Made by a program: the position numbers and the translations under genes
From: a virus
Lineage: Duplodnaviria; Caudoviricetes
Direction: 5' to 3' (one strand)
Virus record (IMG/VR): IMGVR_UViG_3300028048_000121
Location: 1 to 64,000 of that record
DNA length: 64,000 nt
In this document: positions 55,009 to 64,000 of the stretch, in pieces
Layout of the letters: every line of letters starts with the position of its first letter
Position numbering within the stretch: the first letter of the stretch is position 1
Notes under the pieces: model-generated
What the model was told of the DNA's origin: nothing
What the model saw: only the letters and a program-made list of their open reading frames with translations
The model's database searches: none

Positions 55009-55118
55009 ATGCTATCTCCTATCTGACACAACCTAAATTTAAATAAAGTTCATTTCTTTCTCTTCTGTGTCATAATATATTAAAATTACTAATAATAAAT
55101 TAATTAAGTTTGTCCAAA

Positions 55119-55571
55119 TTATTCATAATAATCTTTTAGTTTAATTTTCAATCCAGAAGTTAATATTTGGATCATTTGTAAAATATCGGCATTATCAAAA
55201 ATAATAAATAAATCAACCATATTATATTCTTCAATATTCCAATCAAAATTAAATACTTCTCCATGATGAGGTATAATACAAGTAGCTCCAAAATCGCCAT
55301 CCGTAACCATAATTTCACTATTTATTATATCTGGGCTATATTCCGCAAATACGATTCCACCATCTGGATATTCTTCTATTAATTTTTTAAATTCATTTTT
55401 ATTTATAATTTTCATAAATCTCTCCTGACTGTCACCACCATGACAAATTGTGCGGGCGGTGAATAATCCATTTCCCATTGTAGGTTCTCCGCCCAATTCA
55501 CTTACAAGGTCAAATACTTCTTCTATTGTTAAATTTTCTTTTAATGTATCTTTATCATATTTGAACCTCAT
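55119..55571 (-). CDS. chimeric ORF: primase-like N-terminal fragment fused to an unrelated domain
   Basis: First ~48 aa align with the primase N-terminus up to TICH. Confidence 0.55.
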   Translation of the reverse strand: MRFKYDKDTLKENLTIEEVFDLVSELGGEPTMGNGLFTARTICHGGDSQERFMKIINKNEFKKLIEEYPDGGIVFAEYSPDIINSEIMVTDGDFGATCIIPHHGEVFNFDWNIEEYNMVDLFIIFDNADILQMIQILTSGLKIKLKDYYE

Positions 55572-55581
55572 ATTAACCCCT

Positions 55582-55767
55582 TTAATGTAATATCATAGCA
55601 AAAAAATTTATAATTGGATGCTGTTTTGCGATTATATCAATTTTTTGACAAGTTTCTTCAGCTTTTCTCCAATTCCCGCACCATAGTACAAAACCCAACC
55701 AGCTCCATAAGGATTTTAATTCTTTATATGTTTTCATATTCTTTAATATAGGCTTGTAAACAACCAT
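55582..55767 (-). CDS. hypothetical protein
   Basis: Short ORF within the operon. Confidence 0.45.
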   Translation of the reverse strand: MVVYKPILKNMKTYKELKSLWSWLGFVLWCGNWRKAEETCQKIDIIAKQHPIINFFAMILH

Positions 55768-56140
55768 CTTTTGGTAATATTACAACAGTTTTATTAACTG
55801 AAGATTTTGTTATAATATCTCCAATCCATTTATCCCAATTTATTTCAATTAAAGCTGTAAAATCAATATTATTTCCTCTTTTGATATATCTATCTTTATA
55901 GATAGAAACATCAGTAAAAGGAGGCACTACAACAGTATATCTTACTTCCATTTGTTCAAATTGTTCTAACAACTGAGGATGAGTAGACACCATAACATTA
56001 TATCCATTATCACTCATGTGTTTTGCTACTTTTGCATAACGAACCCAATCTTTCTCAAATGGGGTACTTTCTAAATCTACCCAATTAGAAAATTTTGCTA
56101 AGATAGATTTTCCAACCCCAGGAAAACCACAAATAATCAT
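55724..56140 (-). CDS. P-loop nucleotide kinase-like protein
   Basis: IICGFPGVGKS, DLES. Confidence 0.75.
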   Translation of the reverse strand: MIICGFPGVGKSILAKFSNWVDLESTPFEKDWVRYAKVAKHMSDNGYNVMVSTHPQLLEQFEQMEVRYTVVVPPFTDVSIYKDRYIKRGNNIDFTALIEINWDKWIGDIITKSSVNKTVVILPKDGCLQAYIKEYENI

Positions 56141-56313
56141 TTATTTATTTCCTCCTTATATTTTTTTATTAACTCTAATGCGTCAGCAGTTAAATGTTGA
56201 ACACATATTCTTGGAGGATAATTGTCATAATTACAATCACTACAAGCATCTGGAACTCCACAACAACATCGTTCAAGTGACCAAATAATATTATCTTCTG
56301 TCATTTTTTCTCC

Positions 56314-58867
56314 TTAAAACGCACTTGCTTCAATTTTAGGTGTAACTTTAATTTTTAAATCTTCAATATCCATTAGTTCATAATTATAATTAGTTATAAA
56401 TATAGGATCAATACGACATATTCCTCTATCAGATTTACACCAAAGAAGAATATCTTTATATCTTCCTCGTCTATTTTTATAAACAGAAATTTTTATATCA
56501 GGCATTTCAATACCCATAGAATTAACAATATTTTTTAATGCTTCTCTATCATCTTGACTGACTTGAAGCATAATCATACCACAGTCAATTTTATCTGCAA
56601 TAGCTTTTGCCATATACTCCAATATTTCTATTGGTACTGACTATATTTTAACAACATATGTTGCTATATCTCTTTCGATTTTTCAGATGCTTCGTTTCCT
56701 AAAACATCGCTACGTGCTAATAGTAGCTCTACTCCCCAGCATTTCAACCTAAGGGATAGTCGATAGCCCGCTCTAATTACTTCTCATCATAAAAAGATGG
56801 ATTATTAATCATTTTCCATAAAGTGCCATAACCCACATAACACTCAGGAGTTTTACTAAATTTGTTTAATGACAAACCACTTTCTTTATATAACTCAGTT
56901 ATCAAATCTCGATCTTGTTTAGAATATGCTCCTTTATGAGGATTATTTTTGAAAACCTCTGCTTTAATATGTTTCCAAGTTTTTCCATGCCACATTCTTA
57001 AAAATCCACTATAACTTATTTTATTTAAAAAATATTGATTATAAATATCCCGACTTCTTAATCCTTTTTGATAACATTCTCTACAAAAAACAACATCGCT
57101 TTCTGATAATAGAGCCATCCCATGCTCTTCTCCTTTGTGGATTGTATTATATCCAGGTAAATCTCCACCAGGAGTTTCATTATAATGCTATCTATTATTA
57201 TAAGTATTGAATTTATTAATCCAAAAAATTTCTCTTTGTTTCATAGTTTCAACATCTTTTAAATTATCTTCTAAAATTTTAAAATCAAAATTATCAATTC
57301 CATATTTTCTAATTGCACGATGAATTGCTAAATTATAATCTTTGTTATTTATATTAAAAGATGCTGAAAGATGATCATTATAGCGTCTTTTTGGATCTTT
57401 CGCAAATCCAATATACATATGTCCATTGATTTTATTCGTATATTGATATATACAATTCAAATTTTTACCTCCTTTCTTTTTATTTTATTGGGTTAAGTAA
57501 TTAGAATGAGACGGGATTGCCTTCAGCTTAACCTGGTCAGGTTTCCCCGTTAGCCGCTTTATTCGCGACCCCTCTTAGCAAAAGAGGATAAGATATATTA
57601 AGGCACAAATAATTATTCTACCTCTCAATAAATTCTGATCATATTGTTGAGCTGATACATAATCTGCATTTAATTGAGTAGCTGACATTACAAAAACGCC
57701 ATATTGATTACATAAATCTTTAATTCTTACACTAATCATAAAAAGAATATTATCTTCTCTTAATCCTTTAACTCCAGCTTTTGAACTAATTTCACTAAGA
57801 ATTTTCATACTTGAATGAATATAATCCATAAATACATATCTTACATCATATTGACGAATACCAAATTTAATTGTATTTTCAATATCTTGTAATGAAAAAT
57901 CTGGAAGTTTTTTAATATATAAAGGACTTTTTGAAAGAATTGCGGCAGCTTCACTTACTCGCTCCCACTCACCTTCGGTATATGTATTTTCAAGAATATG
58001 ATCTTCATTTACTCCAGATAGGAAAGCAATCATCATGGTTTGGATTTCATCTTCTTCCTGCTCTGTAGTTATAAATTGAGTTGGTTCTCGAGTTCCATTA
58101 TCTTCCCATTGTTTTGTTTCAAGATTATAAATTTTATTACAAGCAATAGAACAAGCATCTGCAATCATGGAACGAGTTTTTCCAACACCAGTAGCCGCAG
58201 ACCGCAAATAAAACTTTTTTAATCTTGCTCCTCGGTGGATTGCATTAACTAACCTTCCGTAAAGAGGATAACCAATCTCTGGATTATTTTTTAATCTTTC
58301 AAGAAGTGTTAATGCACCATCTCCAGCCTGAATCACTCCATCTTCTGAATTATCTACATATTTAGCTTTAATTTCATCAATTTTATCATTAATAACATTA
58401 GCAATTTCATTGATTGGAGTATTATCAAACCATGATTCTTGTGCTTCTTTCTTTTTTGCATCTAATACATTATCAGGATCGTATAACCATGATAAATCCA
58501 TTCCAACACTTTTATTATACATTCTTAAAAGTGTCATTTTTTTCATACGATTATAATAATAATCAAATGCTGCAAGTTGGCATATTTCTTTAATATTTTC
58601 CAAATATTCAGAACCTTTGTTTACTTTATATATAGCATATTTTTTTGGTCTTTGCTCTAAATATTTTTCTATATCTTCAATAGAAATCTGCTTTGCCCCA
58701 AGTTGATGAAGATTATAAATAGAACCAAATAAAATTCTATGGAATTCTTGCGGGAAGTCTTGCTCATTAAATTTATATTTATCTTCTAAATCCAAAAGAG
58801 AAGGATTAATAAAAACATCTCCAATTACTTGCATATTTGCAGATACATCAACATATTTTGAACTCAT
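56314..58867 (-). CDS. dnaB: DnaB-like replicative helicase, spliced: exon 1 58867-57620, exon 2 56610-56314 (514 aa)
   Basis: SAATGVGKT, DYIH, ATQLN; splicing restores LLRG|AKAIADKID. Confidence 0.88.
56611..57619 (-). mobile_element. group I intron (1009 nt) in dnaB
   Basis: Exon ends in U with GAGGU/GCCUU P1; terminal G; P AACGGGGAAACC, Q GGCAATCCCG, P7 GACTA/TAGTC. Confidence 0.88.
56777..57460 (-). CDS. intron-encoded GIY-YIG homing endonuclease; TTG start; 1 TAG
   Basis: CIYQY.NKING..YIG, AIRKYG..NF, YNETPGG; read-through joins two ORF-track fragments. Confidence 0.85.
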
Positions 58868-59382
58868 CCATTATCTCCCTCTTCCAACCACATATGCGGT
58901 GGCCGCACATATACTCGCGGTGATTCAATATTTATTATTCTTTCTTTTGGTATCGTAAAATTAGAAATATCTTTTTCTTTATTTATTAATTGCGCCTGGT
59001 ATAAAGCATAATAATAATTTAAGGCTTGCTTATAGATATAAGGAATAATTCCTATACTACCATTACTTTTGTCTAAAGAATTACCTTCTTTTTCATAATA
59101 CCATTTAAGAGTTTTTAACATTCCGCTATATGTATAATTATTTTCTTTTACATATTTTTCTGCTAATTTTTTAGTTAATAAATAATTATAATCTTCTCCA
59201 AATAAAATTTTTACATAATTATAAAAAGCTTCTATATCTTTTTCTTCTTCTGTCATGTTGGCTAAATGATTTTCCCAACATTTAATATGAGCATATCTAC
59301 GAGCGGAGACCTGTTTTGTTGGTTCATTATCTCTATCAAACTGTTCACCGCAATATAAACATTTTACATAATGATGAGCCAT
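58864..59382 (-). CDS. Zn-binding protein coupled to the helicase (possible loader)
   Basis: KCLYCG..RY.H..C; overlaps the dnaB start. Confidence 0.6.
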   Translation of the reverse strand: MAHHYVKCLYCGEQFDRDNEPTKQVSARRYAHIKCWENHLANMTEEEKDIEAFYNYVKILFGEDYNYLLTKKLAEKYVKENNYTYSGMLKTLKWYYEKEGNSLDKSNGSIGIIPYIYKQALNYYYALYQAQLINKEKDISNFTIPKERIINIESPRVYVRPPHMWLEEGDNG

Positions 59383-59479
59383 ATAATCTCCTTAAAAATT
59401 TTCTATTTATATTATAACAAAAAAAAGAAAACTTGTCAAAGTAATAAAACCTTTGACAAGTTTCTTTAAAAATATATAA

Positions 59480-60520
59480 TTATTCTGAAGGAAATTCTTT
59501 GGAAAGTAAGAGGAGATCATCATAAATCAAAGATAAAGCTTCAACCTGTTCTCTCGAACACTGACTCATCTTTTGACCTTTACCTAAATATCTATCAGTA
59601 ATCTGAACGATACGAGGCTGATAAAATTCTCTAAAGATTTCTTCAGAATTATTATCAATCATTCCCTTAATTAGATTATTACAATTCTTCATTAACTCAT
59701 CAAAATTAAGGTCTTTAGTAGTATCTGTATAAAGATTATTTTTCTTATCTGTAAAATATTCTTGTCCATCTTCTTGAGCTTGTTTATCAATTGCATCAGA
59801 AATAGCTTTAACAAGATTATCATAAGAAAAATCAATATAATCTGGTGTATATTTAAATCTAGAACCAGCTTCATATCTTGGAGTGCCACGCATAAAAAGC
59901 TTAGTTATATTATTGCCATCTTTATCCGTAACAATTCTAGAATATCCAATAATATCTGCCATTCTAGCTACAATATTATTTGCTCTTTTATCAAGAGTTG
60001 GAACAATCTTATTATACTCTGCACCAGCTTCATCTTTAAAAACCTTATCTGTTGCATGAGAAATAAGAATAAGACCGTAATCCATCATAACAATAGATCT
60101 AAGACATTCATCAAATTCTTTTGATACAAGTCCATATCCTTTACCAAAAGGAATGTCACTAATACTATCAACCCCATAGCCGCCATCTGAACGAAGTGCA
60201 TTGTCACAAATATATTTAGTGCAATAATCATAAGCAATATCACAAGTATCAATAGTAATAGTATAAAATTTTTCTTTTGCTTTTGGATCTTTGAGCTGGC
60301 GGAGAACTTTCCTAAATTCTGCCCAGTTATTAATAGGCTGCGCCATTACGCCAGGAATGGCATTATAACCTTTTTCAAAAGCTAAAAGAAGGTTATTTTC
60401 AAATTTTGATGCGGTTGTTGTCTTACCAGACTTTGGTTCTCCGTAGAAAAAGATCGAGTATCCGCGAAGATTTCTACTCACTTGATGCGGCTAAATGTTA
60501 AAAATATTAATATCTGCCAT
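59480..60520 (-). CDS. AAA_24/Sak4-like P-loop ATPase; 1 TAG at codon 10
   Basis: YGEPKSGKTT, TIDT, LISH; upstream ATG with AAGGA SD is in frame through the TAG. Confidence 0.8.
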
Positions 60521-60572
60521 AATGATAATATCCTTTCTTTATAAGAAAGGGAGAAAATTAATTCTCCCTTTA

Positions 60573-61562
60573 TTAAAATTTAAACTCTCCTACGGAAACG
60601 GTATTCTGAGCAGCTTTTGTTGCAGCCGCAACATCAAAATTTGCCCCATTCGTTGCTTTGGTTGTCTGACGTTCATTAAATCTCTTTTCAACTTCAGCAA
60701 GCTTAATCTGACGATCCTGAGCCATCTTACTTACATCTGTTGCAGTAAGAACTTCTTCGTCACCAAAATCATAAGGAACTTTTGCAGTACCAGTAATCAC
60801 ATATTCACGGCTCTTTCTTTCATAAGTCTGAACTGCCGCCTCACCAAATGCAGATTCTTCCTTCTTTTCCGTCTTAATTGTCATGCAATTAATGCGTCCC
60901 CAAACTTTTGTAAAAGTAGGATTAGAAGGAGATGCATCAAGTCCTTCAAAATAGCTCATTCCCATTGCATTACGAACAACGAAAGATACAGGAAGAAGAA
61001 CTGGACCATAACCAAAAATTGCGCCACTAACTGTTGCAAAATCTTCTGTAATATTCTTATCAGGATCCGCATCAACATGAGTTACTTTTGTAATAAGCAT
61101 GTCAGTGGAAAAAGTACTTCTCTCTGCTTCTGGACCAAATTCAGCAACGATGGTGCAGAAACCGTTTTCATTCCTTGGCGCAGCTACCTTAGAACCATCT
61201 GCCGCAATAAAATCATTAATACCGATAGATGTTCCAGTACACTGAACCTTAAAAGCATTTTCCTTGCCGCCATTAATCCAAGTCTTATCTGGATTATCAA
61301 TAATCTTCTTTAATGCAACATATGTATTATTGGTCTGACCGCTCTTTGCATATGTAGGTGTTACATAAGAATAATGAACTGTAACAACATTCAGACCATT
61401 TTCATCTGTTGCAATATCGAGGTCACCTGCAATATATTTCGTACCAGGGTTTTTTGAATTTTCTCCAGTTACTCTTTCAGAAAGCTGATTAAAATTACTA
61501 CCTGTGCTATAAACATATCCTTCAATTTTCTCTGTGTTAATAAATTTTGCGTTTGTTTTCAT
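60573..61562 (-). CDS. putative single-stranded DNA-binding protein
   Basis: Beta-rich protein ending in F.F, adjacent to the recombinase-like ATPase. Confidence 0.55.
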   Translation of the reverse strand: MKTNAKFINTEKIEGYVYSTGSNFNQLSERVTGENSKNPGTKYIAGDLDIATDENGLNVVTVHYSYVTPTYAKSGQTNNTYVALKKIIDNPDKTWINGGKENAFKVQCTGTSIGINDFIAADGSKVAAPRNENGFCTIVAEFGPEAERSTFSTDMLITKVTHVDADPDKNITEDFATVSGAIFGYGPVLLPVSFVVRNAMGMSYFEGLDASPSNPTFTKVWGRINCMTIKTEKKEESAFGEAAVQTYERKSREYVITGTAKVPYDFGDEEVLTATDVSKMAQDRQIKLAEVEKRFNERQTTKATNGANFDVAAATKAAQNTVSVGEFKF

Positions 61563-61625
61563 TAAATTATTTTCTCCTTATTAAATCAACTTTATTTCTG
61601 TATTTATATTATATCAAAAATTTTT

Positions 61626-62033
61626 TTAATTTTCAAGTTGATAACTCTTACCAGCTTCAGTAAGAGAATATTTAACAGGATCCTTTCCTGTTTTTTCAAC
61701 ATAACCATCTGCAATTAGTTTTCGCATAGAACCAGCAATAGAGCGGCCGCTAGTAAAAAGAGCCTCCGCCGCCTCCTTAGATGTAAAAACATTAGACATT
61801 GCATCTGTATTCTCTTGCATCCAAGAAAGCAACTTTTTGCCATTTTCTGTTATTGCTGCTCCTGAATCTTTTACTTTTCCGTCTTTAAAATCTTTCCAAA
61901 ACTCCATCGCAATATCATAATCATTTGTTGTAATATTATATTTTTCACTTATATCATTCATATAAGTTATCTCATCTTCAGCAATTTTAATTGCAACCTC
62001 AATAAATTTAATAAAAGTTTCTTTCTTAGTCAT
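61626..62033 (-). CDS. winged-helix DNA-binding protein
   Basis: FTSKE.AE.LF.SGRS..GSMRKL..DGYVEK...PV.Y.LT. Confidence 0.7.
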   Translation of the reverse strand: MTKKETFIKFIEVAIKIAEDEITYMNDISEKYNITTNDYDIAMEFWKDFKDGKVKDSGAAITENGKKLLSWMQENTDAMSNVFTSKEAAEALFTSGRSIAGSMRKLIADGYVEKTGKDPVKYSLTEAGKSYQLEN

Positions 62034-62101
62034 TTGCGATTTTTTCCTTTTTATTTATAATATAATTTTTATCTTATAATTATATTATAACATTTTATTT
62101 T

Positions 62102-63001
62102 TTATTTTTCAATTTGAAAAGGAATATTTTCATCATCAAAAATTAAATATTGAGCATAAGGAAGCTCACGTGCCCATTTAATAAAATTTATTTTAGATGG
62201 GTCATCTTGCCCGCTCCACTCATTTAATTTATGATTACGTCTTTGTCCAGGAGAACAAATGGCGCGGATAGTCTCATAATTAGCTGTCCAAGTTCTCGTT
62301 TGAAGCCAACTTTCAGGCAGCCACCGCACAAGTTCTTTCCAATATCTTTTATCTTTTGTTTCAAGATATTTTTGACGAAGAAATTCGAGTTGTTCAATTA
62401 AAAGTTCAGAGAACATATTAATATCATTTTCAGCAGGTCCGCCCGCATATTCTGGGATGCTATAATAAATTAAATCAGAATGCATATCATCTGTTTCAAA
62501 ACAATCAAGAGTAATTGGCGTTACAGCTAATTTATGCATTTTAGATGTACTATTAGCAACAGTAGCAACTTTGTAGGTGTCAATTTCGCTCCAAAAATAC
62601 ATTGGCGCAGTAATATCAACAGAAACAAAAATTTGACGTAAAAACTTGCGGTGTTCAGGACCAGCTTTAATTAATGTTTGAGCGAGCTTCATATCATTTG
62701 GTCCGATAAAAGCTACTTCTGCAGCGCCATCGCATTCATTAATTTTTAATATACCATTATTAATTAATTTTTCAGAATATTGCTCACAAAGGCTATCACC
62801 TTCTTCAGTATATTGATCCGGCCAGTTGAGATCTGGATGTGATAAATTAATCCAATTATCTGCAATTTCACTTTCATGAGGATATTCATCAATATTAATA
62901 ATCCCAAAAAAACTATCACTATTATTCCAACTGTTTTTAGGATTTCTCATACCCCGTAGGGCGCCTTCAAAATTAGATACATATGTATTTTCAAATTTCA
63001 T
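62102..63001 (-). CDS. ThyX/Thy1-like protein
   Basis: HRKFLRQI.V.VDITAP.Y.W.E.DTYKV..NS.S.MH, LP.S..Q.RT, QR..HKL.EW. Confidence 0.65.
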   Translation of the reverse strand: MKFENTYVSNFEGALRGMRNPKNSWNNSDSFFGIINIDEYPHESEIADNWINLSHPDLNWPDQYTEEGDSLCEQYSEKLINNGILKINECDGAAEVAFIGPNDMKLAQTLIKAGPEHRKFLRQIFVSVDITAPMYFWSEIDTYKVATVANSTSKMHKLAVTPITLDCFETDDMHSDLIYYSIPEYAGGPAENDINMFSELLIEQLEFLRQKYLETKDKRYWKELVRWLPESWLQTRTWTANYETIRAICSPGQRRNHKLNEWSGQDDPSKINFIKWARELPYAQYLIFDDENIPFQIEK

Positions 63002-63004
63002 ATT

Positions 63005-63922
63005 TTAACCATTTCCTTTTGTAGAATTATAACCAAATTTATTACTTTGATACATGTTTATCCAAAACTTTTCTTTTTCATTTAAATTTTCTTTTGGACA
63101 TTCTTCTAATAATTCAAAACTAAAATTCCAAATTTTATCTCGTTGCATGGCATTATATAAAATATTTGTTGCAGAAGCTTCAATACCCAAACCGCATTTA
63201 CAATGTTGTTTCCATCTATCACTAATATTAACGCTTTGTCCAATATAACATTGTTCAGTTAATAAATTAGTAATTTTATAAATTCCACAAACTATTTTTT
63301 TACCTAAAATTCTATCACATAACTCTGTCATTTGTTTTTGAAAATATTGAGTCCATATAAGTTTACTTAAAACAACAGGTTTATGAAAAGAAGTTTTTAG
63401 ATTTTCTAACATTTTTACATCAGATAAATCAGCATCATTTATAGATAATTTATAAAATCCTATTTTATCTTTCTTCTATTGTTCGCGGAGACGTGCCTAT
63501 ACACCTGCACTTAATGAAGCTTTTAATTTATTAATTTCATTTTGGATATTTTGTTTTTCAATTTCTGCATTTTTTTGAAAACATTGTACATCATATTTTA
63601 TATCTTCAATTTGTTCTTGTGCAGATTGATTTGTTTTATTAATAGCCTATTTTGCAAGCTATTGCTGACTTTCTAAATATGTCTCAATTTCTTTTTTTCG
63701 AGATTCTTGAAACTATAATAATTCTTTATTTAATTCTTTCTTTTGTTCATTTTTAAAATTAAGTAAATTATATTTTTCTAACTGTAAATTATTAATTTCA
63801 CGATTTAATATTTTTTTATACTATTCTTGTTGTTCATTTTTATTAATTTTAATTTGATTAGCTTTATAAAAAAGAATTATTCCACATATTAGAAAAATAA
63901 AAGCTAATATTAATGATGTCAT
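63005..63922 (-). CDS. membrane anchor + coiled coil + C-terminal GIY-YIG domain; ~6 TAGs
   Basis: MTSLILAFIFLICGIILFY, long heptads, CGIYKITN..CYIGQS; ATG with SD at 63922. Confidence 0.75.
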
Positions 63923-64000
63923 TATTTTTCTCCTATATACAAAACAGGGATTAGATATTTTATCTAACCCCTGTTATACAGCTAAATTAGTCCTCTGCGT

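Noticed and set aside
57575-57619. DnaB C-terminus RIIICALIYLILFC as a membrane anchor
   Set aside because: It is translation into the group I intron 5' sequence, not part of the spliced protein.
60495-61313. 272-aa plus-strand ORF
   Set aside because: Antisense shadow of the SSB-like gene, with no SD and implausible composition.
16750-63922. TAG as pyrrolysine
   Set aside because: No pyl genes in the window, too many TAGs per gene, and the contexts are Glu/Gln-like.

Overview
AT-rich segment of a large tailed-phage genome, probably infecting a Firmicutes/Clostridia-type host (sigmaA-type TTGACA/TATAAT promoters, AGGAG Shine-Dalgarno sites). Layout: (i) ~0.5-12 kb, a promoter-dense, minus-strand array of small genes resembling a SPO1-style host-takeover/terminal-repeat region, with repeated palindromic elements and a tRNA-like gene whose loop is centred on CUA; (ii) 12-16.8 kb, small accessory genes; (iii) 16.9-36.8 kb, plus-strand packaging/head/neck/tail-tube module; (iv) 36.8-64 kb, minus-strand nucleotide metabolism and replication genes (dUTPase, NrdD/G, DnaE, RecD-like helicase, RecJ, primase, DnaB split by a group I intron, AAA ATPase, SSB-like, ThyX-like) plus several GIY-YIG endonucleases. 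Main result: TAG is a sense codon. About 100 in-frame TAGs (hand count) interrupt about 26 genes that otherwise run to TAA/TGA, often ending in ATGA/TAATG overlaps with the next gene. Unlike the usual phage code 15 (TAG=Gln), the most diagnostic TAGs fall where Glu is required, including the catalytic Walker-B Glu of the large terminase. A minority look like Gln, so the code is either TAG=Glu or ambiguous Glu/Gln. Other oddities: two copies of a promoter/two-minigene/terminator unit (MYR+MDNVN and MG+MDNVA), a repeated operator-promoter-hairpin element, and a non-sigmaA promoter motif. Product calls come from motif recognition and gene order only; no database searches were run.
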